Shown here piece after piece: positions 18,274 through 28,415 of a DNA stretch of 64,000 nt (position 1 is the first letter of the stretch; each line of letters begins with the position of its first letter). The notes below the pieces were generated by a model. That model was not told the origin of the DNA and ran no database searches. It was given only the letters and a program-made list of their open reading frames with translations. This DNA comes from an uncultured Chloroflexia bacterium (lineage in GTDB: Bacteria > Chloroflexota > Anaerolineae > JAAYZQ01). The stretch covers positions 1,952,001-2,016,000 of the forward strand of contig CAVOXA010000010.1 in assembly GCA_963700285.1 (NCBI GenBank), written 5' to 3'. The translations under genes and the position numbers were made by a program.

Positions 18274-20046
18274 TCAGTCTCTGCCCGTCGCCTCCAGTGG
18301 GATCTCTGCCTCACCGGCCTCATCCTCGGACTTGACCCAGGCGAACTTTCGCCGCAGCGCCTTGGGATAGTATCGCTCCAGGACGTCGTATTCAACCTGT
18401 TCTCCCCACTGGAAGTAAACACGGGGATCGATGTATGACTTGAGGCTGGTACCCAGGTTCCACGTACGCTTTTTGGACGCGATGGATGACTGGGACTTGA
18501 CCTTATCCCGGGCCAGCCGGGCTTTCTCCAACTGCGCCTGGGTCCTTTCCACGCGGCGCTCGGCCACCTCGATCCTTTTTTCGTAACGCGCCTTCACTTT
18601 GTCGCGCTGCGCGGGTGTGGCAGCCTGTCTTTTCTCGCGGGCCTCCTTGCGTAGCTCGGTCAGGGCTTCCCGATAATCCCTGACCCGCTCGCGGTAGGTA
18701 CTCACGCGGACATCTGCTTTTTCCTGACGCTCTTTATACCGTTGGCGGCTGCGGGACCAGCTAGCGGGCGCCTGCTTGGTGTGATTGCACAATACGGCCG
18801 CTTCCAAGTTTGCCAGATTGGCGGCCTCCCACTTGATATACTCTGGATCACTGGCCTGGGTGTGCGAATCCACCAGGCTATCGCGGACGGCGATGGTCGC
18901 ATGGTGGGTACGGAACACCTTGGCCGTCAGCCCCGGCAGGATGCCGGACAGATAGACATTGACGTTGCGACTGCTGATGTCGGGAAAGATCTGGGGCATG
19001 TCCCGTGTAGGGTGGCCCCGGTCGCCGTACCCACTCGTGTTGGAGGGGCGCGCATCGCGGATCAACTCCTCCAGGTTCCCCTGGACCACCTCGGGCAGAT
19101 CGAGTGTCTTGTGCCACAGCACCGAGTCCTTGCCCAGGAACCGGAATTCCGCGCTGCCGTCGGGATGTAGGGTCACGTGCTCCGGGCGCAGGGTGGTAGC
19201 GCCGATCGTATCCGCTTCGTCCGGGTCTTTTTCGTCGCCGACACGCAGGCAGAGGGTGTCGATCAAGTAGCAGGCTGTGGCGATCATCCTGGATTTGGGT
19301 TCAGTATCGGCAAGGTCGCGCGAGATCTGCTCCCGAACCATGTCCAACCGGGCGTGCAACACGTGCGCCCGATCAAACTTGCGCGCTTCCCGTTCTTGCT
19401 TGATCGACGCGGTGTCGCTCAGCCACACGTATTTGAGTTTGGCCGACAGTTTGTCCTTCCATCGGGCCACCCACAATGACTCGGGCTGCCAGACGATCTG
19501 CTCCCACTCGCCGGGCAGCTGGGCTGCGTCGGGGCTGAGATTGAGCGTGATATCCTCACGGCGAGCGCCCTCTTTCCAGCGCCCGCGCAGCGGATGCTTG
19601 CCTCGACCCATAAAGATGCCGCTGGGCTCGACCACATAGTTGGCCAATTCGGTCCGCTCGCCATTCACAATGGCGTGCCCGTACTGCTCGCGCAGCGCCT
19701 CCCGCACGACCTTGCGCTCGGCAGCCAGGGCCTTGCGCTCCTCCTTGGTCAACCGCTCCTTGGCCTCCCGTTCCGCTTCTACGACCTGGATGGCGGGGCC
19801 GAAATCTATATCGTCTAGCTTGAGAGCGGGCTCATAACCCAACTCCTGGCTAAAGTCGGCCACAAAGTTCCTGGCAAAAACCTGGTCCTCTACATAGGGA
19901 GTGCCCTGTTTCCTGGCCCAGGCCATGGCCATTTCTTCTTGTTTGGGCGTCATCACCACCGGCAACCCTTGGATCGTGAGCACCAGGCCCAGGTGGGGTG
20001 GTGGATCGGGTACGATGACCCCGTTGTGGACAAGTTTCTCCAACAT
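18274..20046 (-). CDS. DNA topoisomerase IB, long eukaryote/Thaumarchaeota type (590 aa)
   Basis: Cap motifs 'LVHNGV', 'EPSGIFMGRGKHPLRGRWK'; catalytic pentad 'LRVGDEK', 'FLGKDS', 'AKVFRT', 'LCNH', 'GTSLKSYIDPR'; coiled-coil linker before the Tyr domain. Confidence 0.93.
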   Translation of the reverse strand: MLEKLVHNGVIVPDPPPHLGLVLTIQGLPVVMTPKQEEMAMAWARKQGTPYVEDQVFARNFVADFSQELGYEPALKLDDIDFGPAIQVVEAEREAKERLTKEERKALAAERKVVREALREQYGHAIVNGERTELANYVVEPSGIFMGRGKHPLRGRWKEGARREDITLNLSPDAAQLPGEWEQIVWQPESLWVARWKDKLSAKLKYVWLSDTASIKQEREARKFDRAHVLHARLDMVREQISRDLADTEPKSRMIATACYLIDTLCLRVGDEKDPDEADTIGATTLRPEHVTLHPDGSAEFRFLGKDSVLWHKTLDLPEVVQGNLEELIRDARPSNTSGYGDRGHPTRDMPQIFPDISSRNVNVYLSGILPGLTAKVFRTHHATIAVRDSLVDSHTQASDPEYIKWEAANLANLEAAVLCNHTKQAPASWSRSRQRYKERQEKADVRVSTYRERVRDYREALTELRKEAREKRQAATPAQRDKVKARYEKRIEVAERRVERTQAQLEKARLARDKVKSQSSIASKKRTWNLGTSLKSYIDPRVYFQWGEQVEYDVLERYYPKALRRKFAWVKSEDEAGEAEIPLEATGRD

Positions 20047-20209
20047 CTAGCTAGAGTTTTCCTTTCGCGACGCTATCTCACCAGAGCTCTCGATGGGCGA
20101 ATGTCTGTCTTTTGACCCGGACCCGCAGCCGAGCCAATTCTCACCTGATCAGAGACCTGCAGCGAATGAAGAGAGGCGCTGAAGCGCCCACTACGAACCT
20201 GGGCCTGCC

Positions 20210-21613
20210 CTACCAAGCGGAACGCTTGGCCAGGTCCCGCAGGCTGTAGAACGCCTGGCTGTATAGTATCGGGCTGTTGCCCGGATCCTTCGGATTCGCC
20301 CGGTGGGTGATGGAATACCAGCGCACCGGGTCGCACCACGCATACCAATAGGTGGTACCGAAATCAAGGTTAAAGAGGAACATCGGTCCCATCCAGGGCC
20401 AGTTGGCGTCGGCATAAGCATAGGCCCCGGCCAGGTATGCAGCTTGCTGAGATTCGCTGACCTCCATCCACTCGTGCTCCCCCAGCCCGCAGTCAGTATC
20501 GAGCACCCAGCCGAATTCGGTGACCCACATGGGCGACGTATCACCATAGTCAAGCATGACCTGGCGCTGTTCTTCAGCGCGCCGGAAATAGATGGGGCCC
20601 TTTGCCGCGTTGGGTGCTGTGCCCGGCGCGTCCGGCCCGCCGTAGGGGTGGCTGCCTAGAGCATCAAAGTAACCCTTGGCGCCGTGCTCGTACATGCCAC
20701 GCAGGAAAGTCAGATCCGGTATGACCTGGGGGGCGGCATAGAACGCTCGCGCCCAGGCGATGTTGGCCAGTGAGCCTCCGGTGGGTGCCAGGCCCGCGCT
20801 GACGACGATAGCCCGTGGATCGCCGGCCTTGATACCCTGGTAACCCGCCCGGAGCAACGCCGTGTACTGAGCCACATTGGGCCGCCCGCCCCACTCATAG
20901 TCAAGGTTGGGTTCGTTCCAGATCTCATAGGCCACCGTCTCCAGCCCCTGACCGCGCCAGGTGTCCGCGATGTGTGTCGCCAGTGCCTGGGCAAATTTCT
21001 GGAACGCGGCCCGGTCGGCCGCCGAGGCCGGTGGGCTCCCGATGCCAGATGGAGGCGGCCCGCCCAGACGCAACAGGATGTGGCGCACGTGCGGCACGAA
21101 CTCGCGCATCTGGTTGTCGACGGCCACCCAGTCGTAGCCAGGCCCGGTCCCAGCATTTTCCCAGGAGACATAGCCTTTGGCCCAATCAAAGCCCATCTCT
21201 GTCAGGATGGTAACGTGGTCCGCCGAAGCGATATTGGCCCCATAGCCCAAGTGAGCTGCCTGCACCGGTCTAAACCTCTGGGCAATCAACGGCAAAAAGA
21301 CCTTTTTGCCCTTTGAGTCCTGGTCGAATGACAGGACGAAAGAGCCAATCGCCGCAGCGGCCGGCGGCGGCGCCATACTCACTACCAGCAGAACCCCCGC
21401 CACCAACAGGAGAGCGATCACCAACACCAGGGACCGGGGCGCGCTCCCCCGTGGACCTGTTGTCCGTCTGGGGGAGCGGGAAGAACTAGCCTGCTTTCCG
21501 ATGGACAAAGATTTCCAACCAAACCTGTCCTGGCCCGGGTCTGCTTGCGCGACGGAGTACTTTCTGGGGTTACAATGCAAGGCTGCCACCCGGGTACCGG
21601 TGGGAAGGATCAC
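20210..21613 (-). CDS. Secreted clan-A glycoside hydrolase (GH5/GH39-like); start uncertain
   Basis: Hydrophobic signal segment, 'VFLPLIAQ' motif, acid/base 'WNEPN', nucleophile 'WVTEFGW'. Confidence 0.8.
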   Translation of the reverse strand: MILPTGTRVAALHCNPRKYSVAQADPGQDRFGWKSLSIGKQASSSRSPRRTTGPRGSAPRSLVLVIALLLVAGVLLVVSMAPPPAAAAIGSFVLSFDQDSKGKKVFLPLIAQRFRPVQAAHLGYGANIASADHVTILTEMGFDWAKGYVSWENAGTGPGYDWVAVDNQMREFVPHVRHILLRLGGPPPSGIGSPPASAADRAAFQKFAQALATHIADTWRGQGLETVAYEIWNEPNLDYEWGGRPNVAQYTALLRAGYQGIKAGDPRAIVVSAGLAPTGGSLANIAWARAFYAAPQVIPDLTFLRGMYEHGAKGYFDALGSHPYGGPDAPGTAPNAAKGPIYFRRAEEQRQVMLDYGDTSPMWVTEFGWVLDTDCGLGEHEWMEVSESQQAAYLAGAYAYADANWPWMGPMFLFNLDFGTTYWYAWCDPVRWYSITHRANPKDPGNSPILYSQAFYSLRDLAKRSAW

Positions 21614-21990
21614 TCGCCGCCAAAGAATTCTCTCAGCGTCTTGGCAACCTGGAAGACAAGGAATCCCGCCAGGATCATGCCAGCGATGGAGACCTTGGCG
21701 ACATCCGTGGTCTCTTCAAAATAGACGCGCTCGGGCGTGACGACGATGGCACCCAGGGGCCTGGCAGCAGAGGCAGCGCCACCACCCCCGCCTTCACCCT
21801 CGGCCACGGGGCCGCCTTCCTCGTCCGCTTCACCTGTGCCACTGCCAAAGCCCAGGCCAAAACCATAGCGGACTTGGGCCACGGGGATGATCGTCCTGTC
21901 TTCGACCACTTGCGGCTCACCAAAAGCGGTGCGCCAGTTGGCCGTGTCCCTCGCTTGCTCAACGATTTCGAATAGTCTGTTCAGAGACAT
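21610..21990 (-). CDS. GerW/YtfJ-family protein
   Basis: 'FGEPQVVEDRTIIPVAQVRYGFGLGFGSG..GGGGGA..RPLGAIVV'. Confidence 0.82.
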   Translation of the reverse strand: MSLNRLFEIVEQARDTANWRTAFGEPQVVEDRTIIPVAQVRYGFGLGFGSGTGEADEEGGPVAEGEGGGGGAASAARPLGAIVVTPERVYFEETTDVAKVSIAGMILAGFLVFQVAKTLREFFGGE

Positions 21991-22057
21991 CGTCTTCTCC
22001 TTGTCCAGGTATTGCTGGAGAACCTCTGAGGAGTGGCAGTCCTGGCGCGCCTCTCCC

Positions 22058-22414
22058 TCAGCGGTTGGCGCTCGCCGGTCGCCACCAACGCAGCCATTGG
22101 CGGAACGTGGCAAACACCAGCGCCATGGCTATCCCTGCCCCGAGGAGGAGCCGCATGGTCGTAGCGGTCGCGTCCGTGATGACGATGCGCTTTTCCCCTT
22201 CGGCCATCTGCTCCACTATGGCCAGGGGGCTGACCAGCACCAAGCCTGCCGCCCAGCCGCCAATGCTGCTAGACCCGATAGTGGCCCGGGCTCTACCATA
22301 GGAGACGAGCCGCGTCTCAGGAACCAAGGTCCGGCCCCCAACCTGATACGGCTTACCTCGTACCACCTCGACCCGGTACGGTCGCTGCCTGACACGTTTG
22401 CCCTCACCTGCCAT
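22058..22414 (-). CDS. Divergent GerW/YtfJ-like membrane-anchored protein
   Basis: 'GKPYQVGGRTLVP..VSPLAIV' parallels the neighbouring gene; C-terminal TM helix. Confidence 0.55.
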   Translation of the reverse strand: MAGEGKRVRQRPYRVEVVRGKPYQVGGRTLVPETRLVSYGRARATIGSSSIGGWAAGLVLVSPLAIVEQMAEGEKRIVITDATATTMRLLLGAGIAMALVFATFRQWLRWWRPASANR

Positions 22415-22543
22415 TGCTTCCCCCTTGCCGGTCTGTAGCCCGCTCAGTATAGCATAGAACCAGGTCACGAACAATCTTTGCAGCCCGTCGCGCCAGGGGA
22501 GCGTGGAGGGGCGAGGGGATGCACCACCCCCTTTGCGTCCTCG

Positions 22544-22572
22544 TTGACACGATGGCCAGTGTGGGCTATAAT
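22544..22572 (+). promoter_or_regulatory. Consensus sigma70 promoter
   Basis: TTGACA-N17-TATAAT, 37 bp upstream of ATG at 22610. Confidence 0.8.
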
Positions 22573-22609
22573 AGACGCCGCTGGCCACGTCAAGCGCAAA
22601 GGGGAAGCG

Positions 22610-23044
22610 ATGCCGCCATTAGCCCGACACTTTATCAAAACCGCGTTTGTCTACTTTGTCGTCGCCTTTGTGCTTGGTGCGCTGATGATGCTGGACCGCT
22701 GGCTGAATTTCAGCCGCTGGCTCAAAATGGTATACCTGGGCCAGCTACACCTGTTGGTCGTCGGCTGGATCACCCAGCTAGCCATTGGCGTCGCCTATTG
22801 GATGTTCCCCCGCTTGCGGAAAGAACAGGATCCCCGTCCCCGTGGTTCTGACGCCCTGACCTGGTTCGTGCTCATCGCGCTGAACGCCGGCTTGTTATTG
22901 CGCTTCTTGCTGGAGCCCTTCTATTTGATGGGGCCCCAGCCCTGGTTGGCAGCCCTGATGGCCCTGTCCGGCATCCTGCAGGCAGCCGCAGCCTTAGCCT
23001 TTGGCCTGCTCGTCTGGTCCCGAATTCGTCCCATGGAAACGTAG
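22610..23044 (+). CDS. 4-TM membrane protein (heme-copper oxidase subunit I/NnrS-like fragment family)
   Basis: 'HLLVVGWITQLAIGVAYWMFPR'; four hydrophobic helices. Confidence 0.7.
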   Translation: MPPLARHFIKTAFVYFVVAFVLGALMMLDRWLNFSRWLKMVYLGQLHLLVVGWITQLAIGVAYWMFPRLRKEQDPRPRGSDALTWFVLIALNAGLLLRFLLEPFYLMGPQPWLAALMALSGILQAAAALAFGLLVWSRIRPMET

Positions 23045-23053
23045 GGAGACACT

Positions 23054-23524
23054 GTGCCAACCACTTCTCGTACCTTTGTCAAAGCCTCTATCATCTATCT
23101 TTGCCTGGGCGCGATCTTGGGCGCACTCATGTACATCAACCGCTCCATCCCCCTGGGACCGTGGGTCGGCTATGTGCGCGTAACACATATCCAGATGCTC
23201 GTCGTCGGCTGGTTGACCCAGCTCATCCTGGGCGTGGCCTGGTGGCTCTTTCCCCCCTTGAAGATCGGCCTGCGAACGGATGCGCCCCTGCCCGTCCGGC
23301 GCGGGCAGACGCAGCGTGGCAGCGAGCCCCTGTTCTGGGCGACCTTTGTCTTCCTCAATGCTGGCATCCTGCTGCGAGCCATCGGCGAACCCATCTACAC
23401 CTGGACCAAGATCGACCTTTTCCGCTTTCTGGTGGCCATCTCCGGTCTCTTTTTGCTGCTGGCAGCAATGATGTTTGTGGCCAACATATGGAGCCGGGTC
23501 CGAGAGCTAGGGCGAGGGAAATAG
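23054..23524 (+). CDS. 4-TM membrane protein, paralog of the upstream gene
   Basis: 'HIQMLVVGWLTQLILGVAWWLFP', 'RGSE..LNAGILLR' shared with 22610-23044. Confidence 0.7.
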   Translation: MPTTSRTFVKASIIYLCLGAILGALMYINRSIPLGPWVGYVRVTHIQMLVVGWLTQLILGVAWWLFPPLKIGLRTDAPLPVRRGQTQRGSEPLFWATFVFLNAGILLRAIGEPIYTWTKIDLFRFLVAISGLFLLLAAMMFVANIWSRVRELGRGK

Positions 23525-23581
23525 AGTCCAAGTGCTGGGGGATTGGAGGCTAGCAATTAGCCGAGGGAGCTGAAAACGAAA

Positions 23582-23616
23582 AGCGGCCAGCTCCCATGCT
23601 CTGAAAGCTGACCGCT
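23582..23616. terminator. Hairpin between convergent genes
   Basis: AGCGGCCAGCT...AGCTGACCGCT imperfect stem followed by GCT-heptamer repeats. Confidence 0.45.
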
Positions 23617-23635
23617 GTCTGCTAGTTGCTAAAAG

Positions 23636-24526
23636 CTATACGAACCCGTTGTCGATCTTGTAACGCGCAATCTCTGATTGGATCTGGGCCCGCTGCTGCA
23701 GCGCTTCCTGGGTGGGGGCCACAAGTTTGTTTTCCCAGGTATCAGCCAGCCCGGCCAGGTCTTCCAGATGGGCCTCCAGCGGGTCCAGGATCCGTTCCAC
23801 GATCGGATCCACAAAGAACGAGCCCATGCCCTCGCCATCCTCGGCGGAAAACCAATTCGCGCGCATGGGTTCTAGCAGTTCGCTATTGATCCCCTCAACC
23901 AGTTCGTCCACGCTGGTCATCAACTGGACCATTCCATCGAGGACACCGCGGATCTTGTCGCCCAGGCCAAAGGGCAGGTTATCGAGGAGCATGCCCGAGA
24001 AATCCTTGAGCGCCACGGCAACCGGGTTGTCCGTCGCCTTTTCCAGGGCCTTGGCCACGGCCTTCTCCACCGCCTCGATGCCGTTGGCCACAGCCGAAAC
24101 CTGATCCTCCAACCAGAGGAGGGATTCTCGCGCCGTGGGCAGCGCGCCTTCAAGGGATAGCAGCACGCCTTCAACCGCTTCCAGCCCTGACTTGAGGATG
24201 CTGGCCCCCTGCTCCAGTGCCTGCAGGGGCAGCGCCGCAGCCGCCATCCCGGCCCGCAGGATCGCGTCCAGCCCAACTTTTTCCAGACCTTCGTAGAGAT
24301 CCAGCAAGCCCTGCAACCGGGCGATCTCAGCCTCGGCGCTCTCAAGAGAAGCCTGTGTTTCGGCGTCCACCGTCTTCCAGACGGCAGCCCCTGTTCCGGC
24401 CGCCACGGCCAAGCCCGCCGCCCCGCCGACCACGGCGCCAGTCAGGAACTGGCGCCGGCTCACCGGCTCAGGTTCGGGCTTTGTATCCCCAGAAAAGAAC
24501 TCTTCTAACGTCTGTTCTTCCGCCAT
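23636..24526 (-). CDS. Helical protein with twin-arginine-like signal/anchor
   Basis: 'SRRQFLTGAVVGGAAGLAVAAG' followed by amphipathic/coiled-coil sequence. Confidence 0.7.
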   Translation of the reverse strand: MAEEQTLEEFFSGDTKPEPEPVSRRQFLTGAVVGGAAGLAVAAGTGAAVWKTVDAETQASLESAEAEIARLQGLLDLYEGLEKVGLDAILRAGMAAAALPLQALEQGASILKSGLEAVEGVLLSLEGALPTARESLLWLEDQVSAVANGIEAVEKAVAKALEKATDNPVAVALKDFSGMLLDNLPFGLGDKIRGVLDGMVQLMTSVDELVEGINSELLEPMRANWFSAEDGEGMGSFFVDPIVERILDPLEAHLEDLAGLADTWENKLVAPTQEALQQRAQIQSEIARYKIDNGFV

Positions 24527-24658
24527 CGTCTCTCCTCATCTCCAAACAATGATTCTCCCGTTCCCAACAGTACAACGGCCGCATACACGGTTCCTCTACG
24601 CCATCCTGCCATGCTCTATACGGCAAAGCCCCAACAAAGTTGCGGTACCGGCAAGTCT

Positions 24659-25525
24659 CTACCGTTTCTTTTTCTTTTTACCTTTCTTTCTCTGTTTCCT
24701 ACGCGCTTGCTTCTGGCTCTTGCGCACTTGCTTGCGCGCTTTGCGCCTGTCAGAGCTGTCCCCCTGACAAGAGGGTCTCACTGGCTGGACCCTCTTTGTC
24801 GACCTGGCTTCCGAACGCTTCCAGTGTTCCTGCATGAGTTGGTGTGAGGAAAGTAGATCTCGGGGCTCCGGCATCACCCCATAGAGGGGATCGGTGGACT
24901 GGTACAGCCTTTCGTAATCCTCCCGATCAATGACCCACAGATCGATCCAGTCGCCGTCAAAGAGCTGCCCGATCAACTCGTAGGCCTGCGGATCGCGCAG
25001 GTCGGCCAAATTCGAAACGGCCGAGGGCCAGATTTCGGGGTTCTCTACCGCCGATGCTTCGTCCCAAGTATGGGCTGGGTTGGGCAAAAGGCTCCGCAGG
25101 ATCGCCGTGATGCGCCCGTAGGTTTCCGGGTAGCGGGCGGCAATGCGGGCCAGCGCACTGGCTGCGAGCCCGCGCGGGTACCAGTCCGCCGCTTTCTCAT
25201 TGACCATCATCTCCAGGGTATCGATGGCCACCGGACCATACTTGTCCAGGCCATTGGTGTCCACCCATTCGTTCAGACCGGGATCTTCTAGCAACGTCTG
25301 ACTGATGGCCGGCAGAGCTTTCTCGGCCCGCATCTCGATCAGCATCAACAGTGCGTGGACTTGGGGCCAATCGTCGTCGGATTCTACCACCTGGATGAGC
25401 CGGTCCACAACCGCCTCACCCTGGGCCATGATCGCAGCCATCAAGTCGAGGTCAATATAGCGATCGGACTCGTACAGTTGGTCGATCAACTTGTCGAGTG
25501 CAACGCTTCTGTTCTCGCTTGTCAT
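24659..25525 (-). CDS. DUF1186/HEAT-like helical protein with basic tail
   Basis: 'HALLMLIEMRAEKALP', 'ADWYPRGLAASAL', Lys/Arg-rich C-terminus. Confidence 0.6.
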   Translation of the reverse strand: MTSENRSVALDKLIDQLYESDRYIDLDLMAAIMAQGEAVVDRLIQVVESDDDWPQVHALLMLIEMRAEKALPAISQTLLEDPGLNEWVDTNGLDKYGPVAIDTLEMMVNEKAADWYPRGLAASALARIAARYPETYGRITAILRSLLPNPAHTWDEASAVENPEIWPSAVSNLADLRDPQAYELIGQLFDGDWIDLWVIDREDYERLYQSTDPLYGVMPEPRDLLSSHQLMQEHWKRSEARSTKRVQPVRPSCQGDSSDRRKARKQVRKSQKQARRKQRKKGKKKKKR

Positions 25526-25564
25526 GGGTCCTCCCGTGCCAGGGCTTTTGCGCGCCGTAGCCAG

Positions 25565-28393
25565 TCATGCAGCCCGCGCCAATTGCTCCTTTTCGCTCAT
25601 CCTGCGTAGCACCCACTTGTTGACCTCGGCGGCCACCGATGGGAACAGGATCAAGGGCAGCATGGCCAGCCAGTCGCGGGCGGTGAGGGAGACGGTGCCA
25701 AAGATCGGCTGCAGGAAGGGTAGGTAGATGATGGCCAGCAGGATGACTGTCGAAGACAGCACCGCATACTGCATCCACTTGTTGCCCAAGATGCCGATGG
25801 CCCACAGAGAATAGCGCTCCGAGCGGGAAGTATAGGCCCGCAACAGCTCGGAGAACGAGAGCGTGGCAAAGGCCATCGACCGGGCAATGATCTCATTCTG
25901 CTGCATCCCGATCTGGAAGGCGGCCAACACAGCCAGGGAGATGGCCACGGTCTGCACAGCGATGCCGATGACCATGTCGCGGTTGATGATCGGCTCGTTC
26001 ACCGGCCGGGGCGGCTGGTCCATGATGTCCGGATCGCCTTTTTCGACTCCCAGCGCCAGCGCTGGGGCGCCGTCGGTGATCAGGTTCAGCACCAGCAGTT
26101 GGATGGGGATCAAGGGCAGCGGCCAACCCGCCAGCATGGCCACCAGCAGGATCGTAATCTCGGCCATGTTGCAGGAGAGCAAATAGTACACAAACTTGCG
26201 GATGTTGGCATAGATGACACGCCCCTGCTCGATGGCCGAGACGATGCTGGCATAGTTGTCGTCGGTCAGCACCATGTCGGCCGTCTCTTTGGAGACGTCG
26301 GTACCGGTGATGCCCATGGCCACGCCGATGTTGGAACGTTTCAGCGCCGGGGCGTCGTTCACGCCGTCGCCGGTCATGGCCACCACGTGCCCCTTAGCCT
26401 TGAGCCCATCCACAATTTGGACCTTGTGCTGGGGGGAGACGCGGGCATAGACGGCTACGTCTTCGACGACCGCCTCAAACTCGGGCGCCTGCATGCGGTC
26501 CAACTCAGCGCCGGTCAGCGATCGATCGCCTTCACGCAGCAGGCCGATCTCCTTGCCAATGGCCACAGCGGTATTCAAATAGTCACCCGTGATCATCACC
26601 GTCTCGATCCCGGCGTGGCGGGCCGTCTCGATGGCCCGGGCGACCTCCGGGCGGGCGGGGTCGATCATTCCCAGCAGTCCGATAAAGGTAAAATCATGCT
26701 CACTGTCCGCGGGCTGAGGATTGTCAGGCACCTCTTTCAGCGGCCGGAAGGCCACGCCCAGCACCCGCAAGGCGTTGGCAGCCAGGCTCTCGTTCTCATC
26801 CAGGATATTGCGGCTGCGCTCAGCGGTCAGAGGACGCATCACACCGTCTTCCAGGACCCGGTTGCACAGGCCCAGGACGATGTCGGGTGCGCCCTTCATG
26901 TAGGCCACGTAACCGCCGTAGCGAGGGTCGGCGTGAAAAGTGGTCATCCGCTTCCGCTCCGAATCGAAGGGGATCTCGGCCAGGCGCGCGTACTCTTGGC
27001 CCAGCTCCTCCCTTCCATAGCCTGCTTTGGCCGCGGCGACCACAAAAGCCCCTTCGGTGGGGTCGCCAGCGATGCGCCAGGAAGTAGAGTCGTTGTCGTC
27101 CAACTGCTCCAGCCGCGAGTCGTTGCACAGCAGGCCGGCCCGCAGGAGCAACCTCATGCCGGGATAGCCCTCCAGGCCAACGACCTCCCCGCTGTCGCGG
27201 AATTCGCCCTCAGGTTTGTAGCCCTCGCCGGTGATGGTCAGTAAGCTGCGATCCACGTACATCTGCACGGCTGTCATCTCGTTCTGGGTCAGGGTACCGG
27301 TCTTGTCGGAGCAGATGGCCGTGGCCGAGCCCAGCGTCTCGACGGCCGGCAGCTTGCGGATCAGGGCATTGCGTTTGACCATCTCCTGCATGCCCAGGGC
27401 CAGCGAGATGGTGACCACGGCGGGCAGCCCTTCGGGTACGGCGGCGATGGCCAGGCTGACGGCTACCATAAACATGTTGATCAGCGTCGGGACCGTTCCC
27501 GGATAGGCGAGATAGGCCCGCAGTCCCTCGCTGACGAGGATGCCCAACTCTGTGTCGCGCACGACCCCGATCAAGCCCACTGCGGCACAGATGATGAGGG
27601 TGATTACACCCAACGTCCGTCCCAACTGGTCCAGCTTGACCTGCAGCGGCGTCGGCTCTTCCTCGTAGGACTGGATCATCTCGGCAATGTGGCCAATCTC
27701 GGTCTGCATGCCTGTATTCACGACCAGGCCCCGGCCGCGCCCGTAGGTCACCACGGTACTCATGTAGGCCATGTTGTGCCGGTCGCCCACCGTCGCCTCA
27801 GCGTCAAAGGTATCCGCGGCATCTTTGCCCACCGGGACCGATTCTCCCGTAAGCGCCGCCTCCTCGATGCGCAGGTTCACGCTCTCGACCAGGCGCACGT
27901 CAGCCGGTACATAGTTGCCAGTCTCCAGGACCACCACATCGCCGGGCACCAACTCGGGAGCCGGCACCGTGATCAGGTGGCCGCCGCGAAACACCTGGGC
28001 GTTGGGTGCGGCCAGCTTTTTCAGGGCGGCCAGCGACTCCTCGGCGCGGCCCTCCTGTACCACGCCCAGGATGGCGTTGAGGATGACGATGGTCATGATG
28101 GCGATGGCATCGATGAATTCGGTTGTCTCGCCCGAGTGGGTATATTGCTGCCAGCCAATGAGGGCCGAGACGACGGCGGCGACGATGAGGATCAGAACCA
28201 GGAACTGGTTGAACTGATCCAGCAACATCCGCCAGAAACTGCGCGGTGGCGCTTCATCGAGTTCATTTCGCCCGAACCGGGCCCGCTGCTGGCGAACCTG
28301 GTCCTCGGTCAGGCCCCGCTGAAGGTCACTCTGCAGGACAGCCGCGGCCTCGGCCGCACTCATCGTATGCCAAATCAGGTTGTCTGGTGCCAT
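25565..28393 (-). CDS. P-type ATPase, type IIA (Ca2+-transporting-like)
   Basis: 'TGES', 'PEGLP', 'DKTGTLT', 'TGD', '[10 protein letters not shown]'. Confidence 0.95.
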   Translation of the reverse strand: MAPDNLIWHTMSAAEAAAVLQSDLQRGLTEDQVRQQRARFGRNELDEAPPRSFWRMLLDQFNQFLVLILIVAAVVSALIGWQQYTHSGETTEFIDAIAIMTIVILNAILGVVQEGRAEESLAALKKLAAPNAQVFRGGHLITVPAPELVPGDVVVLETGNYVPADVRLVESVNLRIEEAALTGESVPVGKDAADTFDAEATVGDRHNMAYMSTVVTYGRGRGLVVNTGMQTEIGHIAEMIQSYEEEPTPLQVKLDQLGRTLGVITLIICAAVGLIGVVRDTELGILVSEGLRAYLAYPGTVPTLINMFMVAVSLAIAAVPEGLPAVVTISLALGMQEMVKRNALIRKLPAVETLGSATAICSDKTGTLTQNEMTAVQMYVDRSLLTITGEGYKPEGEFRDSGEVVGLEGYPGMRLLLRAGLLCNDSRLEQLDDNDSTSWRIAGDPTEGAFVVAAAKAGYGREELGQEYARLAEIPFDSERKRMTTFHADPRYGGYVAYMKGAPDIVLGLCNRVLEDGVMRPLTAERSRNILDENESLAANALRVLGVAFRPLKEVPDNPQPADSEHDFTFIGLLGMIDPARPEVARAIETARHAGIETVMITGDYLNTAVAIGKEIGLLREGDRSLTGAELDRMQAPEFEAVVEDVAVYARVSPQHKVQIVDGLKAKGHVVAMTGDGVNDAPALKRSNIGVAMGITGTDVSKETADMVLTDDNYASIVSAIEQGRVIYANIRKFVYYLLSCNMAEITILLVAMLAGWPLPLIPIQLLVLNLITDGAPALALGVEKGDPDIMDQPPRPVNEPIINRDMVIGIAVQTVAISLAVLAAFQIGMQQNEIIARSMAFATLSFSELLRAYTSRSERYSLWAIGILGNKWMQYAVLSSTVILLAIIYLPFLQPIFGTVSLTARDWLAMLPLILFPSVAAEVNKWVLRRMSEKEQLARAA

Positions 28394-28415
28394 CTCTATG
28401 CAAGGCTCCCAACAG

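Noticed and set aside
18274-20046. Tyrosine recombinase/integrase or prophage origin of the TopIB ORF
   Set aside because: Motifs are TopIB-specific, and no att sites or phage genes flank it.
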